A stretch of 64,000 nucleotides of DNA from Candidatus Krumholzibacteriia bacterium (GTDB lineage: Bacteria; Krumholzibacteriota; Krumholzibacteriia; JAJRXK01): contig JBGPIA010000002.1 in NCBI GenBank assembly GCA_041484665.1, positions 480,001 to 544,000 of the forward strand, given 5' to 3'. The notes beneath the pieces are model-generated. The model was given only the letters and a program-made list of their open reading frames with translations, was not told the DNA's origin and made no database searches. Position 1 is the stretch's first letter. Each line of letters begins with the position of its first letter. Positions 9,230-18,115 of this stretch are shown here, piece by piece. The position numbers and the translations under genes are program-made.

Positions 9230-10213
9230 ATGCTGAGCCTGGTCACCGGCGGCAGCGGCTTTGTCGGCAGCCACCTGGCCGAGCGCTTGAGCCAGGGCGG
9301 CGCGCGCGTGCGCTTCCTGATGCGCGGCAGCAGCGACGTGCGGCTGTTGCAGCGGCTGCCCGGCGCCGAGCTCTTCCCCCTCGATCTGCTCCAGGCCGCC
9401 CCCGACCACTTGGCCCAGGCGCTGGAGGGTGTGTCGGTGGTCTACCACCTCGCGGCCCTGGTGCGCGCGCGCAACGCGCAGGAGTACCGCCGCGCCAACG
9501 TCGAGGCGACGATCGCGCTGTATCGCGCGTTCGGCCAGGCGGCCGGGGGCGGTGGACGCTTCGTCTTCTGCTCGAGCCTCGCGGCCGCCGGGCCCGCCCG
9601 CGACGGCGCGCCGGTGACCGAGTGCAGTGAGCCCCGGCCGATCAGCGCCTACGGGCGCAGCAAGCTGGAGGCCGAGCAGCTGTTGGCTGCCAGTGCCGGT
9701 CCGCCCGTCACCTGCCTGCGCCCGCCCGCCGTCTACGGGCCGCGCGATCGGGCGATCCTGCCGCTGTTCAAGCTCGCCGCCGCCGGCTGGCGGGTGTGCC
9801 TGGGCTCGCCGCAGCGACGCTTCAGCTTGATCCACGCCGGCGACCTGGCCGCGGCGCTGGAGCAGTCCGCCGCGGCGCCGGCCGGCGTGGGCACGTTCTG
9901 CGTGGAGGACGGTGCGCCGCATGCCTGGGGGGAAATCGTCGACCTCATGGCGCGCGGCTGCGGACGCCGCGGCGTGCGCGTGGTGATTCCCGACGCCGCC
10001 GTGCACGCCGCCGCGGCGGCGGCGGAGGCGGTCGCACGGCTCACCGGCCGGCCCGCCCTGCTCACGCGCGAGAAGGCCCGCGACCTCACCACGCCCGACT
10101 GGATCTGCAGCAGCGCGGCTGCGCGCGAGCGCTTCGGCTTCGCGCCACGCTGGGACATCGCCGACGGCCTGCGCGAGACGTGCGCGTGGTACCGCGCCAG
10201 CGGCTGGCTGTGA
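9230..10213 (+). CDS. Extended SDR NAD-dependent epimerase/reductase, ceramide reductase (CerR)-like
   Basis: VTGGSGFVGSHL Rossmann motif, SSLAAAGP, YGRSK catalytic motif, RPPAVYGPRD. Alternative GTG start at 9179. Confidence 0.75.
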   Translation: MLSLVTGGSGFVGSHLAERLSQGGARVRFLMRGSSDVRLLQRLPGAELFPLDLLQAAPDHLAQALEGVSVVYHLAALVRARNAQEYRRANVEATIALYRAFGQAAGGGGRFVFCSSLAAAGPARDGAPVTECSEPRPISAYGRSKLEAEQLLAASAGPPVTCLRPPAVYGPRDRAILPLFKLAAAGWRVCLGSPQRRFSLIHAGDLAAALEQSAAAPAGVGTFCVEDGAPHAWGEIVDLMARGCGRRGVRVVIPDAAVHAAAAAAEAVARLTGRPALLTREKARDLTTPDWICSSAAARERFGFAPRWDIADGLRETCAWYRASGWL

Positions 10214-11151
10214 CGCCGCGCGGAACCCGTCCGGTCGAGACGGTGCTGGCGACCTATCTGCTGGCTACGGCCGCGTTGCTGCTGGCGCGCCACAACGTCC
10301 CGCACTGGGCGTTGCTGCTCGGGCTCCACGTGGCCGTCGCCGCGGGGCTCTTGCGCCTGGCGCGCATCGCGCTGCCGATCGCGCTGGAGCCCGTTCGCCG
10401 CCTGCTGCCGCTCGCCGCCGGCCCGCTGTTCTACAAAGAGGTCGCCGTCCTCAACGATTTGATCTTCCCTCAGCGCTACTTCGACGCGTCCGTGATGCGC
10501 TGGGAGATCGCCCTGTTCGGCACGCAGCTGGCGCAGCACCTGCGCGACATCCTGCCGCGCGGCCTGCTTTCGGAGTACCTGCACCTGGCCTACTTCTCGT
10601 ACTACGCGATTCCGGTGATCTTGTGGATCTGCCTGGCGGCCCGCCGTCGCTTCGACGCCCTCGACGAGTACCTTACCGTGCTGGGTTTCACGTTCGTGAC
10701 GTGTCTGGCGTGGTTCATTGCGTTTCCAGTGGCCGGCCCCTACTACACCCTGACACCCCCGCAGCCCGGGGCGATGGGCCACGTCTTCCCCCAGCTGGTG
10801 CACGCCATGGTGCGCGCCGGGTCCTCCCAGGGCACCGCCTTCCCCAGCAGCCACGTTGCGGTGTCCGGCTGTGTGTTGGTGATGGCGGCGCGCTGGGACG
10901 GGCGAGCGTTCGCCGTGCTGTGCGCGCTGATGCCCGCGCTCGCGGTGGGCGCGGTCTACGGCGGGTTCCATTACGGGATCGACGCGCTGGCGGGCGCGCT
11001 GTGGTGCGCGCTGTGCGTGGCCGTGGGGCTGCACGTGCACCGCGCGCTGCGCGCCGACCGGCTGGACGCCCCGCCGGACGCGCCGCGCGTCAGCTCGCGG
11101 CCGGCGGAGCCGGCACCGCTGCGACGACGCCGCGGGGCAGGCCCCAGCTGA
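10210..11151 (+). CDS. PAP2-superfamily membrane phosphotransferase, Aur1/inositol-phosphorylceramide-synthase-like
   Basis: GTGA overlap with the upstream gene; multiple TM helices; FPVAGPYY, AFPSSHVA, GFHYGIDALAG; no KxxxxxxRP C1 phosphatase motif seen. Confidence 0.75.
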   Translation: MTPRGTRPVETVLATYLLATAALLLARHNVPHWALLLGLHVAVAAGLLRLARIALPIALEPVRRLLPLAAGPLFYKEVAVLNDLIFPQRYFDASVMRWEIALFGTQLAQHLRDILPRGLLSEYLHLAYFSYYAIPVILWICLAARRRFDALDEYLTVLGFTFVTCLAWFIAFPVAGPYYTLTPPQPGAMGHVFPQLVHAMVRAGSSQGTAFPSSHVAVSGCVLVMAARWDGRAFAVLCALMPALAVGAVYGGFHYGIDALAGALWCALCVAVGLHVHRALRADRLDAPPDAPRVSSRPAEPAPLRRRRGAGPS

Positions 11152-12310
11152 GGACAACCCAGGCCAGCGCGCCGCACAACAGCGCGGTGGACAGCGCACC
11201 CAAGTGCGTCATCAGCGCCCCACCCATCGTTCCTCCAAGGAACGACCCCGAGAACTCGAACACGTGGAACAAACCCGCGGCGGTGCCCCGAGCGCGCACG
11301 GGCACGAGGTGACTCACCAGTGCGGGCATGGAGGGCTGTGCGACAGCGACGGCAGCCACGGCGAACGCCAGCGCCGCCACCAACGCGGCCAGGCTGGTCG
11401 CGCTGCGCGCCAGGCACAACTGGCACGCAGCCAGCGCCACGCCCCCCAGCAGCACTGCCTCGCGCAACCGCCCGCGCCGCTCGGCAGCCCGGCCGGAAAC
11501 GACGACCAGCACCAGCCCCAGCACGACGATGGGAGCGTACACGCGTCCGTGCTGGCTGAGGGGCAGATGGCGCGCCATGAGCTGCGGCACGATCACGAAC
11601 AGCGACGTGAGCGCCACGTGCAGGATGAAGATCCCGAGATTCAAGCGCATGAGCGCGCCCTGCCACAGCAGACCCTTCAAGTCCTGGGAGCGCCACTCCT
11701 CGCCTGGCTCCGCCTCCCGCGCGTCGCTCGCCCGGGGAACGGCCACGATCACCCCGACGGCTCCCACGAGCGAGAGCGCTGCGGTCACCTGGAACAACAC
11801 GGGGACGCCCACGGCGGAGGCGGCCGTGGGGCCCAACACCAGCCCGCACGCCCAGGAGGCTCCGACTGCGAAGGCGAGCGCCGACATGGCCTGGGCGCGC
11901 ACCTGCGGGCGCGTGAGGTCACAGAGCAGCGCCACGATCGTTGCGGCGATGGCGCCGGCGCCCTGCGTCGCCCGCGCGAGCACCATGCCCCAGGCGGTGG
12001 TGGCGCGCGCGCCGAGGAAGCTGCCCACCGCAAACACGATCAGGCCCCCCACCAGGACGCGCCGGCGCCCGAAGCGGTCGCTCCACGCGCCGAATGGGAC
12101 TTGGAACACCGCTTGGCTCAGCCCGTAGGCGCCCATGCTCAAGCCGATCAGCAGCGGTGTGGCCCCGCGCAACGTCGGCACGTACAGGCTCATCGCGGGC
12201 AGCAGCAGGAACATCCCGAGCATGCGCAGAGCGTAGAGGGAAGCCAGGCCCAGCACGGCCGCGCGCTCGCCGGATGTGAAGTGGAAATCGTGCGCAAAGC
12301 GCTGGCTCAT
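11090..12310 (-). CDS. MFS transporter (YajR-like)
   Basis: ERAAVLGLASLYALRMLGMFLLLP, GAWSDRFGRRR motif A, about 12 TM helices. Confidence 0.85.
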   Translation of the reverse strand: MSQRFAHDFHFTSGERAAVLGLASLYALRMLGMFLLLPAMSLYVPTLRGATPLLIGLSMGAYGLSQAVFQVPFGAWSDRFGRRRVLVGGLIVFAVGSFLGARATTAWGMVLARATQGAGAIAATIVALLCDLTRPQVRAQAMSALAFAVGASWACGLVLGPTAASAVGVPVLFQVTAALSLVGAVGVIVAVPRASDAREAEPGEEWRSQDLKGLLWQGALMRLNLGIFILHVALTSLFVIVPQLMARHLPLSQHGRVYAPIVVLGLVLVVVSGRAAERRGRLREAVLLGGVALAACQLCLARSATSLAALVAALAFAVAAVAVAQPSMPALVSHLVPVRARGTAAGLFHVFEFSGSFLGGTMGGALMTHLGALSTALLCGALAWVVLSWGLPRGVVAAVPAPPAAS

Positions 12311-12435
12311 GGGCTCCACCGCGGGCCGGCCCCGCCGGGGCCCGGCCCGTCCCACTTGCGGAGCAGCCGGGCGCGGCGCGGCGGGAACATGGAGTCGAAG
12401 ACCCCTCTGCTGCGAGCGCGCCGCCCTGGCGGTGG

Positions 12436-13425
12436 CTACGCGCTCTTGGCTTCCTGGATCGCCGCGATCAGCGCTGGGACGATCTCGTGGACGTCGCCCA
12501 CGATGCCGTAGGTGGCCTCCTGGAAGATCGCGGCGTTGGCATCCTTGTTGATCGCCACGATGCACTGCGCGCCGCGCATCCCGACCAGGTGCTGGATCGC
12601 CCCAGAGATCCCCAGCGCGATGTAGAGCTTGGGGGCCACGACCTGCCCGGAGGAGCCGATCTGACGCTCGTGCTCGACCCACTCGGCATCGCACGGCGGC
12701 CGGCTGGCGCCCACGGCCGCGCTGCTGCCCAGCGCGCTGGCCAGATCGAAGACGATCTTGAACTTCTCCTTGCCCCCCACGCCGCGCCCACCGGCCACGA
12801 TCACCTCGGCCTTGGTGAGATCGACCTCACCCTTCTGTCCGGGCTGTACGCTCACCACCGTACGCGGGCGCACCCGGGCAAGGTCCACCGTCTCGCTCAC
12901 GACCGTCCCGGCCGCGGCCTGCGGCTTGCGGGCGGGGAACGCGCCCTGCTGCAGGCTCGCGAGCCACGGGCCGTCACCCTCGACAGTGCAGCGCGCGTTC
13001 AGCTTGCCGTTGATCACCTTGCGCGTGAACACCGGCCGGACGCCGTCCACGTCGATGCCGGTGCAGTCGGGGACCAGGGCCGCGTCGAGGGCGGCCGCCA
13101 GGCGCGGGAAGAACTCGATCGCCTGGTAGCTGTGCCCGGTGATCACCAGTGCCGGCGTGTGGCGCTGCACGAGCTGATGCAGTGCGGCGACGTAGCCCTC
13201 GGGCGTATAGGCGGCCAGGGCGCCATCCTCCACCAGCAGGACCTGCGCGCACCCCCAAGTGGCGAGCTCCTGGGCCACCGATTGCGTCCCCGGCCCCAGC
13301 ACGACGCCCACGACCGTCGCCGACATCCGCGGCGCGAGGTCGAGGGCGCAGCAGGCCGCCTCCTTGGAGATGCCCTTCAATGCGCCGTCACGGTGCTCGG
13401 CAATCACAAGAATCGTGCGTGCCAT
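12436..13425 (-). CDS. etfA: Electron transfer flavoprotein subunit alpha
   Basis: [42 protein letters not shown]. Confidence 0.95.
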   Translation of the reverse strand: MARTILVIAEHRDGALKGISKEAACCALDLAPRMSATVVGVVLGPGTQSVAQELATWGCAQVLLVEDGALAAYTPEGYVAALHQLVQRHTPALVITGHSYQAIEFFPRLAAALDAALVPDCTGIDVDGVRPVFTRKVINGKLNARCTVEGDGPWLASLQQGAFPARKPQAAAGTVVSETVDLARVRPRTVVSVQPGQKGEVDLTKAEVIVAGGRGVGGKEKFKIVFDLASALGSSAAVGASRPPCDAEWVEHERQIGSSGQVVAPKLYIALGISGAIQHLVGMRGAQCIVAINKDANAAIFQEATYGIVGDVHEIVPALIAAIQEAKSA

Positions 13426-13483
13426 CAGCTGTGCCTCCGCAGTTCGCGCGTGCCTCCGGATCGGTGCTCCTTGCGGCCAGCGC

Positions 13484-14266
13484 CTACAGAACCTTGGCCT
13501 CGGTCTTGAGCTTCTCCACGAGCGCCCGCGCCACCGTCGCCGCGTCGCCCTCGAGGATCTGGGCCTTGCTGGAGCGCAGCGGGACCGCCAGCTGCTCCAT
13601 GCGCACCTTGGGCGCGAGCTGCGCGTCGCTCAGCCCCAGCTCGGCCGGCGTGACCTTCCTCTGCGGCTTGGCCCCCGCCCCCATGATCCCCTTCAGCGAG
13701 GCGTAGCGGACCTCGTGGATCCCGCTCTGCACACCCAACACCGCGGGCAGCGGCACCTCGAGGGTCTCGAGCAGGTTGTTGTCCAGCTCGTGGACGACGC
13801 GCAGGGAGTTCGCGCTGGCGGGCTCCAGCGAGAGCACGATCTGCACGTGATGCATCCCGAGATGCTCGGCCAGCGCCGGACCCACGGCGTTGTAGCCCAG
13901 GTCGTCCGATTGCTGCCCGGTGAGGACGACGTCGAAACCCTCGCCCTTGACCGCCGCCGCGATCACGCGAGCGATGGTTACGGCGTCGGCTTTGGCGCAT
14001 GCGCCAGTCTGGACGTGGATCGCCCGGTCGGCCCCCATGGCCAGGGCCTCCTTGATGCCCTTGCCGGAGCGCTCGTCGCCCACCGAGAGCACGACCACCT
14101 CGCCGCCGGCCCGCTCCTTGAGGCGCAGGGCGGCCTCCACGCCGTAGCGGTCGCACTCGCTGATCACGAACGTGAGCCCGTCCTCCTGGATCCAGCGACC
14201 GTCCGCGGCGATGCGCAGCCGGGCCTCCTTCTCCGGGACCTGCTTGATGCAGCTGAGGATCTTCAT
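13484..14266 (-). CDS. etfB: Electron transfer flavoprotein subunit beta
   Basis: MKILSCIKQVP, ALAMGADRA, GQQSDD, RYASLKGIM. Confidence 0.95.
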   Translation of the reverse strand: MKILSCIKQVPEKEARLRIAADGRWIQEDGLTFVISECDRYGVEAALRLKERAGGEVVVLSVGDERSGKGIKEALAMGADRAIHVQTGACAKADAVTIARVIAAAVKGEGFDVVLTGQQSDDLGYNAVGPALAEHLGMHHVQIVLSLEPASANSLRVVHELDNNLLETLEVPLPAVLGVQSGIHEVRYASLKGIMGAGAKPQRKVTPAELGLSDAQLAPKVRMEQLAVPLRSSKAQILEGDAATVARALVEKLKTEAKVL

Positions 14267-14493
14267 CGCCGTCGCTCCTTGCGGTGGCTCGTGGAGACCT
14301 GGTCGGGCCCAGGTTCCGCTGACTTTGCCCGGTGCGCCGGGATTCGTCCAGCGCAACAGCGACGGCGCTGTCCGGCACCGCGTTAAAGGCCGCATCCGGC
14401 CGCGCCGTTGCGCACTGTGCCCCTCCTCCCCTAGGCTGTGCGCGCGCCCAGGCCCGCCGCACCGGCGGCCGGCGCGCCCCCAGGAGGACCGGC

Positions 14494-17172
14494 ATGGTCT
14501 ACGACCAGTTCAAGCAGCAGCTCCCCGACGTCGATCCGCAGGAGACCGCCGAGTGGATCGAGGCCCTCGACTCCGTGGTGGAGACCGAGGGCACCGGGCG
14601 CGCGCAGTTCCTCTTGTACAAGGTCCTCAAGCGCGCGCGCATGCTGCACGTGGGATTGCCGCAGACGGTCACCACGCGCTACATCAATACGATCAGCCCG
14701 GAGCAGGAGCCGCCGTTCCCCGGCGACGAGGGGCTGGAGCGGCGGATCCGCCGCCTGATCCGTTGGAACGCCGCCGTGATGGTCACCCGCGCCAACACGC
14801 GCTACCCCGGCCTGGGCGGCCACCTATCGTCGTACGCCTCCGCCGCGAGCCTGTACGAGGTGGGCTTCAACCACTTCTTCCGGGGCAAGGACGGCGACCA
14901 GGTCGGCGACCAGATCTACTACCAGGGGCACGCGGCTCCAGGGATCTACGCGCGCGCCTACCTGGAGGGCCGCCTGACCGAGGAGCGACTCGACCACTTC
15001 CGGCGCGAGGCGGAAGGATGTGGTCTCCCAAGCTACCCGCACCCGCGCCTCATGCCCGATTTCTGGGAGTTCCCCACGGTCTCCATGGGCCTGGGCCCCA
15101 TCAACGCCATCTACCAGGCGCGCTTCAATCGCTACCTGCAGGCGCGTGGGATCGCCGACACCACCGGCTCCCGCGTGTGGGCGTTCCTGGGCGACGGCGA
15201 GAGCGACGAGCCCGAGGCGCTGGGCGCCCTCACGCTGGCCACGCGCGAGGGGCTATCGAACCTCATCTTCGTCGTGAACTGCAACTTGCAGCGCCTCGAC
15301 GGCCCGGTGCGCGGCAACGGCAAGATCATCCAGGAACTGGAGTCCGTCTTCCGGGGCGCCGGCTGGAACGTCATCAAGGTGATCTGGGGCAGCGCGTGGG
15401 ACCCATTGCTCGCCCGCGACGTGGACGGGATCCTGGTCCAGCACATGAACGACACCGTCGACGGCAACTTCCAGCGCTACCAGACCGAGAGCGGCGCGAA
15501 GATCCGCGCGGAGTTCTTCGGGCCCGACCCGCGCCTGCAGGCGCTGGCCGCCGACCTGACCGACGAGCAGATCGAGCGCCTGCGCCTGGGCGGGCACGAT
15601 TACCGCAAGCTCTACGCCGCCTACAAGGCCGCCACCGAGACGCAGGGCGTGCCGACCGTGATCCTGGCCAAGACCGTAAAGGGCTGGACGCTGGGTGAGG
15701 GGTTCGAGGGCAAGAACATGGCCCATCAGATGAAGAAGCTCAGCGAGCAGGAGCTGCGCACCTTCCGCGACCGCCTCGAGCTGCCGATCGCGGATGCCAA
15801 GTTGAAGGAGGCGCCCTACTACCACCCGGGGCCGCGCAGCGAGGAGGTCCAGTACCTGCTCGAGCGGCGGCGCGCCCTGGGAGGCTGCCTGCCCAAGCGC
15901 GTGGTGGTCCCGGCCGCGGTGGCGGTTCCGCCCGATGACCTCTACGCGGAATTCCGCAAGGGCACGGCCGGGTCGGTGCCGGTGTCGACCACCATGGGGT
16001 TCGTGCGACTGCTGCGCAAACTGCTCAAATATCCGCAGTTCGGCCCGCGCGTCGTGCCGATCATCCCCGACGAGGCGCGCACCTTTGGCATGGAGTCACT
16101 GTTCCGGGAGTTCCGGATCTACGCCGCGCAGGGCCAGAAGTACACGCCGGTGGACGCGGGAGTGCTGCTGAGCTACTCCGAGGCGCAGGACGGCCAGATC
16201 CTCGAGGAAGGGATCACCGAGGCCGGCTCGATGGCCTCGGTGACCGCGGCCGGAACGACCTACTCGACGCACCGCCAGCCCATGGTGCCGTTCTTCATTT
16301 TCTACTCCATGTTCGGGTTCCAGCGCGTGGGCGACCTGATCTGGGCGTTCGCCGACGCGCGCGGGCGCGGCTTCCTCCTGGGAGCCACGGCCGGGCGCAC
16401 CACGCTCTCCGGAGAAGGCCTGCAGCACCAGGACGGGCACAGCCTGCTGCTCGCCTCCACCGTGCCGTCGTGCCTGGCGTACGATCCGGCCTTCGCCTAC
16501 GAGACGGCAACTATCGTGCAGGACGGGCTGCGGCGCATGATCGAAGGCGGCGAGGACGTCTTCTACTACCTGACGCTCTACAACGAGAACTACGAGCAGC
16601 CCGCCATGCCGGAGGGGGTGCAGGAGGGGATCGTCAAGGGACTGTACCGTTACCGGCACTCACCCCACGCGTCGCGCCGGCGGGCACACCTGCTGGCCAG
16701 CGGCCCCATGGTGCTCGAGGCGCTGCGCGCCCAGGAGATGCTGGCGCGCGACTACGACGTCTCGGCGGACGTGTGGAGCGTTACGAGCTACGTGCAGCTG
16801 CGCCGCGAGGCTCTGGAGTGCGAGCGGCACAACCGTCTCGACCCCGCGGCGATCGCGCAGGTGCCCTACGTCACACGGTGCGTGCGCGAGGACGGCGCGG
16901 TTTACGTTGCGTCCAGCGATTTCGTGAAGACCGTCCCCGATCTGATCGCGCGCTGGGTGCCGGGCGACTACACGGTGCTGGGCACCGACGGGTTCGGGCG
17001 CAGCGATACCCGCGAGGCGCTGCGCCGTCTGTTCGAGATCGACGCCGCACACATCGTCGTGGCAACGCTCGCGGCACTGGCACGGCAGTCCCGCCTGGAT
17101 GTGAAGGTCGCCCGCGACGCCGCGCGCAAGCTGCTGCGCGGCGAGCAGCCCAACGACGCCGTGGCGGTCTGA
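14494..17172 (+). CDS. aceE: Pyruvate dehydrogenase E1 component, homodimeric type
   Basis: DVDPQETAEW, FPTVSMGLGP, GDGESDEPE ThDP motif, NCNLQRLDGPVRGN, GTDGFGRSD; AGGAGG RBS. Confidence 0.95.
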   Translation: MVYDQFKQQLPDVDPQETAEWIEALDSVVETEGTGRAQFLLYKVLKRARMLHVGLPQTVTTRYINTISPEQEPPFPGDEGLERRIRRLIRWNAAVMVTRANTRYPGLGGHLSSYASAASLYEVGFNHFFRGKDGDQVGDQIYYQGHAAPGIYARAYLEGRLTEERLDHFRREAEGCGLPSYPHPRLMPDFWEFPTVSMGLGPINAIYQARFNRYLQARGIADTTGSRVWAFLGDGESDEPEALGALTLATREGLSNLIFVVNCNLQRLDGPVRGNGKIIQELESVFRGAGWNVIKVIWGSAWDPLLARDVDGILVQHMNDTVDGNFQRYQTESGAKIRAEFFGPDPRLQALAADLTDEQIERLRLGGHDYRKLYAAYKAATETQGVPTVILAKTVKGWTLGEGFEGKNMAHQMKKLSEQELRTFRDRLELPIADAKLKEAPYYHPGPRSEEVQYLLERRRALGGCLPKRVVVPAAVAVPPDDLYAEFRKGTAGSVPVSTTMGFVRLLRKLLKYPQFGPRVVPIIPDEARTFGMESLFREFRIYAAQGQKYTPVDAGVLLSYSEAQDGQILEEGITEAGSMASVTAAGTTYSTHRQPMVPFFIFYSMFGFQRVGDLIWAFADARGRGFLLGATAGRTTLSGEGLQHQDGHSLLLASTVPSCLAYDPAFAYETATIVQDGLRRMIEGGEDVFYYLTLYNENYEQPAMPEGVQEGIVKGLYRYRHSPHASRRRAHLLASGPMVLEALRAQEMLARDYDVSADVWSVTSYVQLRREALECERHNRLDPAAIAQVPYVTRCVREDGAVYVASSDFVKTVPDLIARWVPGDYTVLGTDGFGRSDTREALRRLFEIDAAHIVVATLAALARQSRLDVKVARDAARKLLRGEQPNDAVAV

Positions 17173-17188
17173 GAACGGCGGGGAGCCG

Positions 17189-18115
17189 TCAGCGGCCGCC
17201 GCAGGGGGTCCGGCCCTGGGCGCGGGCCGCTTCCCAGCGCTCGCGCATGGTCCGCCCCATCGCGAGGAACGAGCGCGGGGCGGGAAAGGCGAACGCATCG
17301 CCGGTCAGGTCGAAGACCCCCGATCGCCCCTGATGCCCGGGGTTGTAGCCGAAGGCCACGCCGAATCGATGCCCACCCTGGCGCAGCAGCAGCACGCCGC
17401 TGACGTCCACGTCGTCGGCCTTGTCCCCCATCAGCCAATCGAACAGGGCGTCCACGTCCGCCCGGAGCGACCCGTCCACCAGCCCGAACAGGTGCACGTC
17501 CTGCGCAGTGACGTCCACGAGCCCGGCGCCGCCGGGCACGCGGAACGTCACGTCTCCCAGCGCGCACTCCCGCAGCACGACCACGCTCGACGCGCGCAAG
17601 CTGCCCGGATGGTAGCCGAGGATGGAGTACGGCACCCCGAGCTCGACTGGGCGCCCGAAATCGATGCGGATCGTGGATCCCGCCTCGCCGGCCACTGGCT
17701 CGCGCTCGAGGGAGCGGATGCGCCGGTAGGGCAGGCGTGACCCTCCGTGTGCGCTGGCGATGGAGTCGAGCACGGTTCGTTCGATGCGGCCGAAGGCGCC
17801 GGCGTCGAGCAGGCCGGCCAGCAGCGCGAAGACAGGGTCCTTCACGTCGCGCGCGAGGGTAGGTGTGACGGCGACCGCTTGTCCGTCGGCATCGAGACGC
17901 CAGAAGACGGCGGACGCCCGCGACGCGGGCGCGGCCGTATCCGCGGCGGTCGGCTGACCAGAAACGCGGAGCGCGCTCCCTGGCGCCGGCACCTCCGCCA
18001 ACGCCAGTCCTCCACTCGCCAGGCCGAGGTCAATGCTGAAGGCCGCGCCAAGGGCCGCGGCCAACGCCATCCAGGCAGCCGCGTCCGTGGCACGGGGCGG
18101 CAATGCCCGGATCAA
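17189..18115 (-). CDS. Hypothetical exported protein, probably translationally coupled to the rho homologue
   Basis: TTG start overlaps the rho stop (alternative ATG at 18070); hydrophobic N-terminus; protein-like composition; no family recognised. Confidence 0.55.
   Translation of the reverse strand: MIRALPPRATDAAAWMALAAALGAAFSIDLGLASGGLALAEVPAPGSALRVSGQPTAADTAAPASRASAVFWRLDADGQAVAVTPTLARDVKDPVFALLAGLLDAGAFGRIERTVLDSIASAHGGSRLPYRRIRSLEREPVAGEAGSTIRIDFGRPVELGVPYSILGYHPGSLRASSVVVLRECALGDVTFRVPGGAGLVDVTAQDVHLFGLVDGSLRADVDALFDWLMGDKADDVDVSGVLLLRQGGHRFGVAFGYNPGHQGRSGVFDLTGDAFAFPAPRSFLAMGRTMRERWEAARAQGRTPCGGR

Noticed and set aside
11090..11151. Convergent 3' overlaps (PAP2/MFS, and yigZ/msrP at 60534-60598) as antisense regulation
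   Set aside because: Short tail overlaps are common in GC-rich genomes where stop codons are scarce.
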